In this document: piece by piece, positions 28,758-36,745 of the stretch
Numbering within the stretch: the stretch's first letter is position 1
Layout of the letters: the number at the start of each line of letters is the position of its first letter
DNA from: an uncultured Chloroflexia bacterium
GTDB lineage: Bacteria; Chloroflexota; Limnocylindria; Limnocylindrales; CSP1-4
Direction of reading: 5' to 3'
DNA: 64,000 nucleotides
NCBI GenBank assembly: GCA_963712745.1
Contig: CAVQJC010000006.1
Location: 32,001-96,000 of the forward strand
Notes under the pieces: model-generated
Told to the model about the DNA's origin: nothing
Seen by the model: only the letters and a program-made list of their open reading frames with translations
The model's database searches: none
Program-made: the position numbers and the translations under genes

Positions 28758-29561
28758 ATGGCCACCCGCACCCAGGTGGATCGGGCCGCACGCGTCCCCC
28801 GCACCCAGGTGGATCGGGCCGCACGCGTCCCCCGCACCCAGGTGGATCGGGCCGCACGCGTTCCCCTCACCCGGGAGCGCGTGATCGAGGCCGCCATCGC
28901 TTTCGCCGACGAGCACGGCATCGAGGAACTGAGCATGCGCAAGCTGGGCCAGGAGCTGGGCGTGGAAGCGATGTCGCTCTACTACCACGTGGCCAACAAG
29001 GAGGAGATCGTCCACGGCATGGTCGATGCGGTGGCCCAGGAGATCGGCATCGTGGACGCAGGGCCGGACTGGAAGGCGGCCATGCGCACGCAGATCCTGA
29101 CCGCTCGCGAGGTGATGAAGCGCCACCAGTGGGCACCCGGCGTCATCGAGACACGCAAGACGATGTCGATGCCGATGATGCGCTACATGGACTCGGTGGG
29201 CGGCATCTTCCGCAGCGGTGGCCTCAGCGTCGACCTCATGCACCACGCCATGCACGCGCTCGGCAGCCGCGTTCTCGGCTTCAGCCAGGAGCTGTATGAC
29301 GAATCGGAAGCGATGGAGGCGAGCCCGGAGGCTGAAGCCGTGATGATGCAGCAGATGGCGGACGAGTTGCCCAACATCAGCGCCATCATCCAGGAGATCC
29401 AGCACCAGGAGGAGACGATCCTCGGCTCGGGCTGCGACGACGATGTCGAGTTCCGCTTCGCCCTGGACATCATCCTCGAGGGCCTGGAGCGCAAGCGCGA
29501 CGAGGAGCTGGCGCGCGACTCGGGTGAGATGACGGCCGAACCACCGATGGCGCCGGCCTGA
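28758..29561 (+). CDS. TetR/AcrR family regulator (TetR_C type)
   Basis: LTRERVIEAA...LSMRKLGQELGVEAMSLYYHVANKEE; C-terminal F.FALDIILEGLE. Confidence 0.93.
   Translation: MATRTQVDRAARVPRTQVDRAARVPRTQVDRAARVPLTRERVIEAAIAFADEHGIEELSMRKLGQELGVEAMSLYYHVANKEEIVHGMVDAVAQEIGIVDAGPDWKAAMRTQILTAREVMKRHQWAPGVIETRKTMSMPMMRYMDSVGGIFRSGGLSVDLMHHAMHALGSRVLGFSQELYDESEAMEASPEAEAVMMQQMADELPNISAIIQEIQHQEETILGSGCDDDVEFRFALDIILEGLERKRDEELARDSGEMTAEPPMAPA
28767..28865 (+). repeat. 33-bp tandem repeat x3 in the TetR N-terminus (RTQVDRAARVP)
   Basis: cgcacccaggtggatcgggccgcacgcgtcccc, three near-identical copies. Confidence 0.95.
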
Positions 29562-29608
29562 GGCTGCCCGGCCGATCACCGGTCCCTCACCGGCCTATGG
29601 CTGGGCTG

Positions 29609-30022
29609 TCACCCCCGCTCACTCCGCCAGATGCTGAGACCGGTGTGCGGCGCCATGTGGCCGAAGTCGCCGTCAGTGGTCAGCATCACGAGATCGTGCC
29701 GTAGACACAGCTGAGCCAGTAGCGCGTCGACAGTCCCCACCTGGACACCGCGGCGGCGGCACCTGGTGCCCACTTCGGCCGCCGCGATGTGGTCTGCACG
29801 GTCCGGCATGAGAAGCGGGAGCGCCTCGAAACGTTCGATGAGCGAGGCGCGGTCCTTCGGCCCTCGCAGTCCCTGGAGCAGCTCCTGGAGTACCAGTCCG
29901 GTGGTGAAGATGGCCTCTCCTGTCTGGAGCGCAATCCGCAACCGCTCCACCGTCGGATCGACGACAGGTGCGTCCCGGCGCAAGGCCAGCGACCAGACAC
30001 TGGTATCGACGAACAGGTTCAC
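29609..30022 (-). CDS. vapC: VapC PIN-domain toxin
   Basis: FVDTSVW, VLQELLQG, VDALLA, LTTDGDF acidic PIN residues. Confidence 0.92.
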   Translation of the reverse strand: MNLFVDTSVWSLALRRDAPVVDPTVERLRIALQTGEAIFTTGLVLQELLQGLRGPKDRASLIERFEALPLLMPDRADHIAAAEVGTRCRRRGVQVGTVDALLAQLCLRHDLVMLTTDGDFGHMAPHTGLSIWRSERG

Positions 30023-30219
30023 CGGCGCGAGCGGTCCGCCTTGTAGTCGTAGTCACGGTCCCAGTCGAGTGCACCGAACAGTTCCGTCAGGCGTCGCTGC
30101 TCGCGTCGGGCGATGTACTCCTCGAGCGCACGCGTCACGGCGGCTGTCTTGGTGCGTTCGCCGCCTACTTCGACAGCCTTCACGAGCAGCGCAGGTTCGA
30201 TATCCAAGTTGGTGGTCAT
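30019..30219 (-). CDS. vapB: VapB antitoxin
   Basis: MTTNLDI...TKTAAVTRALEEYI...LFG.LDWD..YDYK; 4-bp overlap with vapC. Confidence 0.9.
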   Translation of the reverse strand: MTTNLDIEPALLVKAVEVGGERTKTAAVTRALEEYIARREQRRLTELFGALDWDRDYDYKADRSRR

Positions 30220-30323
30220 GTGCAGATGCTCGCACAATCAATCGCACAAGACAATGGCACGTGCGGCCGCACCAGCAAGCCCTATCCTGAGATGGTCACA
30301 GCGACCGTCGAGGGAGGAGTCTG

Positions 30324-31952
30324 GTGCGACTTGCTGAAGCCCTGCTCCAGGCGCTCCGTGGAGCGGGGGCGCGCGAGATCTTCGGCATCCCGGGTGACTT
30401 CGCCCTGCCCCTCTTCGAAGTCATCGAGCGCACCCGCGAGCTGCCGCTGTACACGCTCAGCCACGAGCCAGGAGTGGGCTTCGCGGCCGACGCTGCCACC
30501 CGCTTCCACGGCGGGGTCGGCGTGGCGGCTATCACCTATGGCGCCGGCGCCTTCAACCTCGTCAATGCCATCGCCGGCGCCTACGCCGAGCGCTCACCGG
30601 TGGTCGTGCTCTCGGGTGCGCCGTCACGGATGGAGCGCTCCCGTGGCCTGCTCGTCCACCACCAGGCGCGCACCCTCGAGTCGCAGCTCAATGTCTATCG
30701 CGAGATCACTTGCGACCAGGCCGTGCTCGACGACCCGGCCACAGCGGCCGCAGCCATCGCCCGCGTCCTGCGCACGTGCCGGGAGCACTCGCAGCCGGTG
30801 TACCTGGAGATCCCCCGCGACATGGTCGGCGCGGAGATCGGCGAGGTGCCCGAGCTGCCGCCCAGCCCGGTCGACCCCGAAGCGGTCGACGCTGCCGCAG
30901 CGGAGATCCTGGCCAGGCTGGAGGACGCCTCCTCGCCCGTGCTCATGGTCGACGCCGAGATTCGTCGATACGGCGTCGAGGACAAGGTAGCCGAGCTCGC
31001 TCAGCGGCTGGACATCCCCGTCGTGACGACCTTCATGGGTCGCGGACTGCTGGCCGAGGCATCCAACCCGCCGATGGGCACCTACATCGGGGTGGCCGGC
31101 CAGGCTGAGATCACAGAGCTCGTCGAGTCGTCGGACGCGCTCTTCCTGCTCGGCGTCATCCTCTCGGACACCAACTTCAGCGTGTCGATGCGCCAGATCG
31201 ACCTGCGCCAGACGATCATCGCGGCCGAGCGCCGGGTGCGGCTCGGCTTCCATACCTATGCCGAGGTCCCGCTCGAGGACCTCATCGATGCGATGCTCGC
31301 CCGCGCTCGCCCGGCGGGGATCAGGCCGGACCTTCCTGCGCCGCCCGAGCCACCCTTTGGACTCGCCGCCGACGAGGCGCCGGTCACCCCCACCGACATC
31401 GCCACCGCGGTCAACGACATGATGCGCGACCACGGCGCGATGCCCATGGCTTCAGACATGGGCGATTGCCTCTTCACAGCCATGGACATCGCCCAGCATG
31501 CTCTGGCCGCGCCCGGCTATTACGCGGGCATGGGGTTCGGCGTGCCGGGCGGGCTCGGCGTGCAGGTCGCAAGCGGCGAGCGGCCGCTCATCCTCGTCGG
31601 TGACGGCGCCTTCCAGATGACCGGCTGGGAGCTGGGCAACTGCCGCCGATACGGCTGGGACCCCATCGTCATCGTCTTCAATAACGCCAGCTGGGAGATG
31701 CTCCGTGCCTTCCAGCCGGGCGCCGCCTATAACGACCTGCCCGACTGGCCCTTCCATGAGCTGGCCGACTCACTCGGTGGCGTGGGTATCCGTGTGCACA
31801 CCCGGCGCGAGCTGGCCGAAGCCCTCGAGCATGCGGTAGCCGATCGCGGCCGGTTCGTGCTGCTCGACGTAGTCATGGAGCGCGGCCGGATCTCGAGCAC
31901 GCTGAGCCGCTTCGTCGAGAGCTTCGAGCGACGGCGATCCCAAGGCGCGTAG
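30324..31952 (+). CDS. ipdC: Indolepyruvate/phenylpyruvate decarboxylase (TPP-dependent)
   Basis: LAEALL..L...GA...FGIPGDFALP, SHEP.VGFAAD, GDGAFQMTG...NNASWEML; Azospirillum-type sequence. Confidence 0.9.
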   Translation: MRLAEALLQALRGAGAREIFGIPGDFALPLFEVIERTRELPLYTLSHEPGVGFAADAATRFHGGVGVAAITYGAGAFNLVNAIAGAYAERSPVVVLSGAPSRMERSRGLLVHHQARTLESQLNVYREITCDQAVLDDPATAAAAIARVLRTCREHSQPVYLEIPRDMVGAEIGEVPELPPSPVDPEAVDAAAAEILARLEDASSPVLMVDAEIRRYGVEDKVAELAQRLDIPVVTTFMGRGLLAEASNPPMGTYIGVAGQAEITELVESSDALFLLGVILSDTNFSVSMRQIDLRQTIIAAERRVRLGFHTYAEVPLEDLIDAMLARARPAGIRPDLPAPPEPPFGLAADEAPVTPTDIATAVNDMMRDHGAMPMASDMGDCLFTAMDIAQHALAAPGYYAGMGFGVPGGLGVQVASGERPLILVGDGAFQMTGWELGNCRRYGWDPIVIVFNNASWEMLRAFQPGAAYNDLPDWPFHELADSLGGVGIRVHTRRELAEALEHAVADRGRFVLLDVVMERGRISSTLSRFVESFERRRSQGA

Positions 31953-32140
31953 CCGCGGCCCACTTCTCTACATCCCTGGTTGCCGCTGCGCGGGAGAACT
32001 CGACAGGCCGGGCGGCGGGAAGCACGAAAGTGGGCGTTCAGCGGGAGATCGCGCCACTGCGTGCCGTTGGTCGGGAAGACTGAGCGGGTCGGCCGTCTGA
32101 CACGTCGCGCTGTCCCGCTGGACGGCAATGCGCTTCGGTC

Positions 32141-32198
32141 GGACTCGGCGGAGTCCAGCTCCGAACTCCGGACTCGGCGGGATCCAGCTCCGGACTCT
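32141..32198. repeat. 29-bp imperfect tandem repeat x2
   Basis: ggactcggcggagtccagctccgaactcc / ggactcggcgggatccagctccggactct, between convergent genes. Confidence 0.75.
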
Positions 32199-32213
32199 GG
32201 ACCCCCGGGAGCT

Positions 32214-32921
32214 CTAGTCCTCGGGGAGCGTGAAGAACGAGCCGTCCGGGAGGCGCAGCGGCCTCGAGCGACGGCGGTCGTCGTGGCCCTTGCGAGCCCT
32301 GGTGCGCGACCCCGTCGCCACCACGTACGAGACGCGGCTGCCGAAGGCGACTTCGGCCCCGGCCCGCGGCCGCGTTCGGACGACGGAACCCTCTGGCATC
32401 CCGTCTGCACGACGGGCAGCGCGGCGGGCGGTTCCCAGACCGGCCTCGCGCAACATCGAGAGCGCTTCCTCCTCATCGCGACCGCGGACATCGGGGACGA
32501 CGACATGCGGCCTGGCGCCGACCGCGAGCGTGACCACGGCACCTGCGGAGACAGCCAGGCCCGGTGCGGGCTCCTGTTCCAGCACGCGGCCCCACAGGTC
32601 GTAGCTCGTACCGCGTTCTTCGAGCGCCGGGCGCAGGCCGGACATCCTGGCCGCGCGGCGCGCCTCGTCGGACGGCAGACCAACCAGCTCGGGCACGAAG
32701 ACCAAGCTGATGACCGGAGCTGGAGCAGTCACGACCGGCTGCGCTGGCCGGGCCTCCGTATCGAGCGAGGCGACAGTCTCGGCGCCCTGCGCCGCCGGGG
32801 CGTGCGGCGTCGATCCGATCCCCGGCTCGATGGGCAGGAGCGGACGACCGCTGAAGACGGTTGGGAAGTGGCGCCACATGGCCGGCGACCTCGTCAGCCT
32901 CGACCCACGGTTCGGGCCCAC
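32214..32921 (-). CDS. Two-PASTA-domain protein with no signal peptide or TM
   Basis: VPELVGL..DEA...SGL...GRVLEQEPAPG; VPDVRGR..EEA..ML..AGL...GSVVRTRP.AG. Start uncertain. Confidence 0.78.
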   Translation of the reverse strand: MGPNRGSRLTRSPAMWRHFPTVFSGRPLLPIEPGIGSTPHAPAAQGAETVASLDTEARPAQPVVTAPAPVISLVFVPELVGLPSDEARRAARMSGLRPALEERGTSYDLWGRVLEQEPAPGLAVSAGAVVTLAVGARPHVVVPDVRGRDEEEALSMLREAGLGTARRAARRADGMPEGSVVRTRPRAGAEVAFGSRVSYVVATGSRTRARKGHDDRRRSRPLRLPDGSFFTLPED

Positions 32922-33134
32922 CTGGCCTTGGTCCCAGGGTCGAGGTGAGCCATTCTTGCGCCCTTGAGTCGGCCGCTGTCAATCAGGTCGACGATGAAGA
33001 ATCCATAACCGTCTCGTTACCGAACCGAGCGTCGACGCCGTAGGTCGCCGGGACGTACATTTCAGCAGAGAGCGCGGTGCGCATTCCGGCCGAGCTGAGC
33101 CTTGAGCGACTCCGTGACGCGAGGTCATACCCCG

Positions 33135-33383
33135 ATGACGATGCATCGGCCCGATGTGTCCATCCGGCTCGACATGTCCGCGTCCGGACCGGTCCGCGGT
33201 CCGCTCCTGCCGAGCGACTCGGGGACCATCGATGTGACTGTGACCGAGTGGGCAACAGGTCCGTCGATGTCGACCCCGCCGGCCGGTGTCACAACCCTTG
33301 TCTTGGCCGACTACGTCGATTTCGACGCCATCGATTCCGTGCACGAGGCCAGCGCCCCGCGCAGCCTGGAGGCCGTCCGATGA
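33135..33383 (+). CDS. Hypothetical protein (82 aa)
   Basis: GAGG RBS; ATGA overlap with the next ORF. Confidence 0.45.
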   Translation: MTMHRPDVSIRLDMSASGPVRGPLLPSDSGTIDVTVTEWATGPSMSTPPAGVTTLVLADYVDFDAIDSVHEASAPRSLEAVR

Positions 33384-33682
33384 CGGGGGCGGTGCCGGCG
33401 CTCCCGGGTTCTGGCGGTGGACCCGGTGCGCCCGTGCCGGGTGGACGCGACGGGCGTGGACAAGGAGACCGCTCGGCCCGACGGCAAGCGGAGCGCACCT
33501 CCGCGCTGATTCGCCGACTGGGCGAGTCTGTGGAGGGTCCGGCTGGCGAGGGTATCGGTGGACCTGGAGAGGACATCATCGAGATCGAGACCGCGACGTC
33601 CCGACGCGATCGGGCGAGGGACCTCAAGGGGACCTTGACGAGGTTCCGGGTCCTGCGCGTCGGCCGGCGGCAACGAGGGTGA
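33380..33682 (+). CDS. Hypothetical Gly/Arg-rich protein (100 aa)
   Basis: GGAGG RBS; 4-bp overlaps at both ends. Confidence 0.45.
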   Translation: MTGAVPALPGSGGGPGAPVPGGRDGRGQGDRSARRQAERTSALIRRLGESVEGPAGEGIGGPGEDIIEIETATSRRDRARDLKGTLTRFRVLRVGRRQRG

Positions 33683-34266
33683 TACTGCAGCTTCGACCGG
33701 ACCAGCTTCCCCTGGTCGACCCCGACGGAGCGGAACGACGGGACTCGACCGCGCCCACAGAGGTCGTGGCTGAGCCGGGCCTCACGGCCGCTGCGGCCGC
33801 TGCGGCCGATGTCCCGCTGCCGACGGCGCCGAGTCACACCGGCGGGCGTGTCGCGGTGCCCGACCTTTCGGGACTGGAGGTCCTCGAGGCGCTGCACTTG
33901 GCCCGCCAGTTCCGTCTTCGGCTCTCCATCTCGGTATGGGAGACGAAGATCGGACCCTGGGGCCGCGTCCTGGCCCAGCTACCGACGGCGGACACCAGCG
34001 TTCGCTCCGGCTCGCGCATCGCGGTGACGGTGGCGGGCAGGCCGCACCTGACGCTTCCCGACGTCCGCGGTCACGAGTCCTCGGAGGCGATGGTGATGCT
34101 GAGACGGTCCGGGCTGCATCCGATGCTGTCCGGAGAGCGGGGCTCGCGCTCCCTGGCACCGGGTCATGTCATCGAGACGCGGCCGCGACCCGGTGCGCTG
34201 GTGGTTCACGGAAGCCCGGTCGAGCTGGTCACTGCACGCGCCCCTGGTCGCCCGCCCCGCCCGTGA
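33679..34266 (+). CDS. Two-PASTA-domain protein with no signal peptide or TM
   Basis: VPDLSGL...EA, WGRVLAQLP, LPDVRG..SSEA..ML..SGL, GHVIETRP.PG; GTGA-coupled start. Confidence 0.78.
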   Translation: MILQLRPDQLPLVDPDGAERRDSTAPTEVVAEPGLTAAAAAAADVPLPTAPSHTGGRVAVPDLSGLEVLEALHLARQFRLRLSISVWETKIGPWGRVLAQLPTADTSVRSGSRIAVTVAGRPHLTLPDVRGHESSEAMVMLRRSGLHPMLSGERGSRSLAPGHVIETRPRPGALVVHGSPVELVTARAPGRPPRP

Positions 34267-34466
34267 GCGACGGCCGTCGCGGAGCACCTTCGCGGCGGCC
34301 TTCAGATCCTTCCTGGTTCTCGCGCGGGCGCATGCTCGCGCTCCGAGAAGCCAAGGCCTAGACACCCCCTGACCGGCCCCCAGCCGGCGGCGAGGGACCC
34401 GTCCGCATCAGCCTGGGCCGGCACACCGTACGATGCCCACGGCGTCTGCCGTAGCCGGAGAACCCG

Positions 34467-35828
34467 ATGACCGTTGAGACCGATCGCCAGTCCTGGGAGC
34501 ACCTCCGCGAGCTGGCGGCAGCCGAGGACCGCGAGGCGCTGGACGCTGCCATCGGCGCCATGGAGCCCAGCGAGGCCGTGCGCGCCATCCTTCACCTGGA
34601 GCCCGAGGACCAGCAAGCCCTGCTGACCACGCTGTCTCCGCCGGAGGCCGCCGACCTCATCGAGGATGCGCCCGACGAGCAGGCCGCCGACCTCATCGAG
34701 CGGCTGACCCCGACCGACGCGGCCGCCATCGTGAACGAGATGCAGAGCGATGAGCAAGCCGACCTCATCGCCGACCTCGATCGGGCGGAGGCCGACGCCA
34801 TCCTGCGCGCGATGGAGCCGGATGAGGCCGCGGAGGTGCGGGCCCTGGCCGACTATCCGGACGATGTCGCCGGCGGCCTGATGATCACCGAGTTCCTGCA
34901 GGTCGGCGAGAACGAGACGGTGGGCGACACGCTCGACCAGCTCGTGGTCAACGCCGAAGACAGCGACGACCACTTCAGCCGCTACGTCTACGTCCTCTCG
35001 CCTCTCGGGCGGCTGGTGGGCGTGGCCGCCGCCAGCGTCCTCGCCGCCGCAGCCCGCACGCAGCGGGTCGCGGACGTGATGGTGCCACCGCTGTTCCGGG
35101 GCCCCACCACCGGACTCGACGAGCTGCGCGAGTTCTTCGAGGCCCATCCCATCGCGGCCGTCCCGGTGGTGGACCCGCGCGGCCGGCTGCTGGGCGTGGC
35201 CCGGCGCACAGCCGTGCTGGACGCAATCGCCGATCGCACCGAACGAGAGATGCTGCGCATGCACGGCATCGTCGGTGGCGACGAGGTGCGCTCGCTGCCC
35301 ACGGCCACCCGCTCACGACGCCGGCTCAGCTGGCTCAGCATCAACATCGTGCTCAACGTCATCGCTGCCAGCGTCATCGCCCTCTACATCGACACCCTCG
35401 ACCAGGTCATCGCGCTGGCGGTGTTCCTGCCCATCATCAGCGACATGTCCGGCGCCAGCGGCAACCAGGCCGTGGCCGTGAGCATGCGCGAGCTCTCGCT
35501 CGGCCTGGTCAAGCCCTACGAAGTCGGCCAGGTCTGGCTCAAGGAGATCACCGTCGGTCTCATCAACGGCGTGGCCCTGGGCCTGCTCATCGGGGCTGTG
35601 GCCATCCTCTGGGACGGCAGCCCCTGGCTGGGGCTCGTGGTCGGCGTGACATTGGCCCTGAACACGCTCATCGCGGTCTCGGTCGGCGGCACGGTACCGC
35701 TCATGCTCAAACGCTTCGGAGTGGACCCGGCCGTGGCCTCGGGGCCGATCCTCACCACCGTCACAGACATCTGCGGCTTCTTCATCGCGCTCAGCCTCGC
35801 CACACTGCTGCTGGACCGGCTGGTCTAG
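34467..35828 (+). CDS. mgtE: Magnesium transporter MgtE
   Basis: MgtE_N and CBS domains; R..WL.IN, LAVFLPIISDMSGASGNQ, DPAVASGPILTTVTD. Confidence 0.95.
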   Translation: MTVETDRQSWEHLRELAAAEDREALDAAIGAMEPSEAVRAILHLEPEDQQALLTTLSPPEAADLIEDAPDEQAADLIERLTPTDAAAIVNEMQSDEQADLIADLDRAEADAILRAMEPDEAAEVRALADYPDDVAGGLMITEFLQVGENETVGDTLDQLVVNAEDSDDHFSRYVYVLSPLGRLVGVAAASVLAAAARTQRVADVMVPPLFRGPTTGLDELREFFEAHPIAAVPVVDPRGRLLGVARRTAVLDAIADRTEREMLRMHGIVGGDEVRSLPTATRSRRRLSWLSINIVLNVIAASVIALYIDTLDQVIALAVFLPIISDMSGASGNQAVAVSMRELSLGLVKPYEVGQVWLKEITVGLINGVALGLLIGAVAILWDGSPWLGLVVGVTLALNTLIAVSVGGTVPLMLKRFGVDPAVASGPILTTVTDICGFFIALSLATLLLDRLV

Positions 35829-35944
35829 CAGATGCGAGTGATTGATCGGCCTCCGCTGCACGATGATTGATAGAGGTGCAAATACTACCGACGGCCGGCG
35901 TTCGACACACGAACGTTCCCGTGGCAAGCATGGATGAGAGACTG

Positions 35945-36745
35945 ATGTCGCAACGATCGATCGCCGCAATCGCTGACGTCCTCGAAGGCCAGGAGCCGAT
36001 CGTGGCTACGGCCATCCACGATGGTCATGAGCTGCGTGACGAGGTGGCAGCGCTGATGGCGCTGGAGGAGTCGGACCGACTTCGCGAAGAGGACCCCTTC
36101 ACGGGGATCTGGACGAGCGTGGTCACCACGCAGATCGTGGCCCGACGGTCACGCTTCGAGGTCGACCTCAACCGGCCCCGTGACAAGGCGGTGTACCGCA
36201 CACCGGACGACGCGTGGGGCCTGGTGATGTGGCGCGACGAGCTGCCCGAAGACGTGGTCCAGCGCTCGCTGGAGGAGTACGACGCCTTCTATGCGGAGGC
36301 TGAACGGGTCTTCTCCGAGCTGGAGCGACGCTACGGGCGTTTCGTGGTGTTCGACCTGCACTCCTACAATCACCGCCGCGGCGGGCCGGACGAGCCGGCC
36401 GAAGACCCCGAGGCGAACCCTGAAGTGAACGTGGGCACGGGCTCGCTTGACCGCGAGCGCTGGGGCCCACTCGTGGACCGCTTCATGACCGATCTGCGCG
36501 ATCACGACTTCCTGGGCCGGCATCTCGATGTTCGCGAGAACGTGCGGTTCCAGGGCGGATACCTGTCGAAGTGGGTCCATGAGACCTACCCACGATCGGG
36601 CTGCTGCCTGGCCATCGAGTTCAAGAAGTTCTTCATGGACGAGTGGACCGGGCGCATCTCGGCCGAGGAGTACGAGGCCATCCCGCAGGCGCTGCAGGCG
36701 ACGCTGGCCGGCATCATCGAGTCGCTTGGACTCATCGATCCATGA
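35945..36745 (+). CDS. N-formylglutamate amidohydrolase-like Zn hydrolase
   Basis: ATAIHDGH, REEDPFT, SRFEVDLNRP, FDLHSYN, ENVRFQGG, IEFKKFFMDEWTG. Alternative starts at 35867 or 35930. Confidence 0.88.
   Translation: MSQRSIAAIADVLEGQEPIVATAIHDGHELRDEVAALMALEESDRLREEDPFTGIWTSVVTTQIVARRSRFEVDLNRPRDKAVYRTPDDAWGLVMWRDELPEDVVQRSLEEYDAFYAEAERVFSELERRYGRFVVFDLHSYNHRRGGPDEPAEDPEANPEVNVGTGSLDRERWGPLVDRFMTDLRDHDFLGRHLDVRENVRFQGGYLSKWVHETYPRSGCCLAIEFKKFFMDEWTGRISAEEYEAIPQALQATLAGIIESLGLIDP

Noticed and set aside
27474-29579. 701-aa minus-strand ORF
   Set aside because: Antisense to the Tat protein and TetR genes, which have clear motifs.
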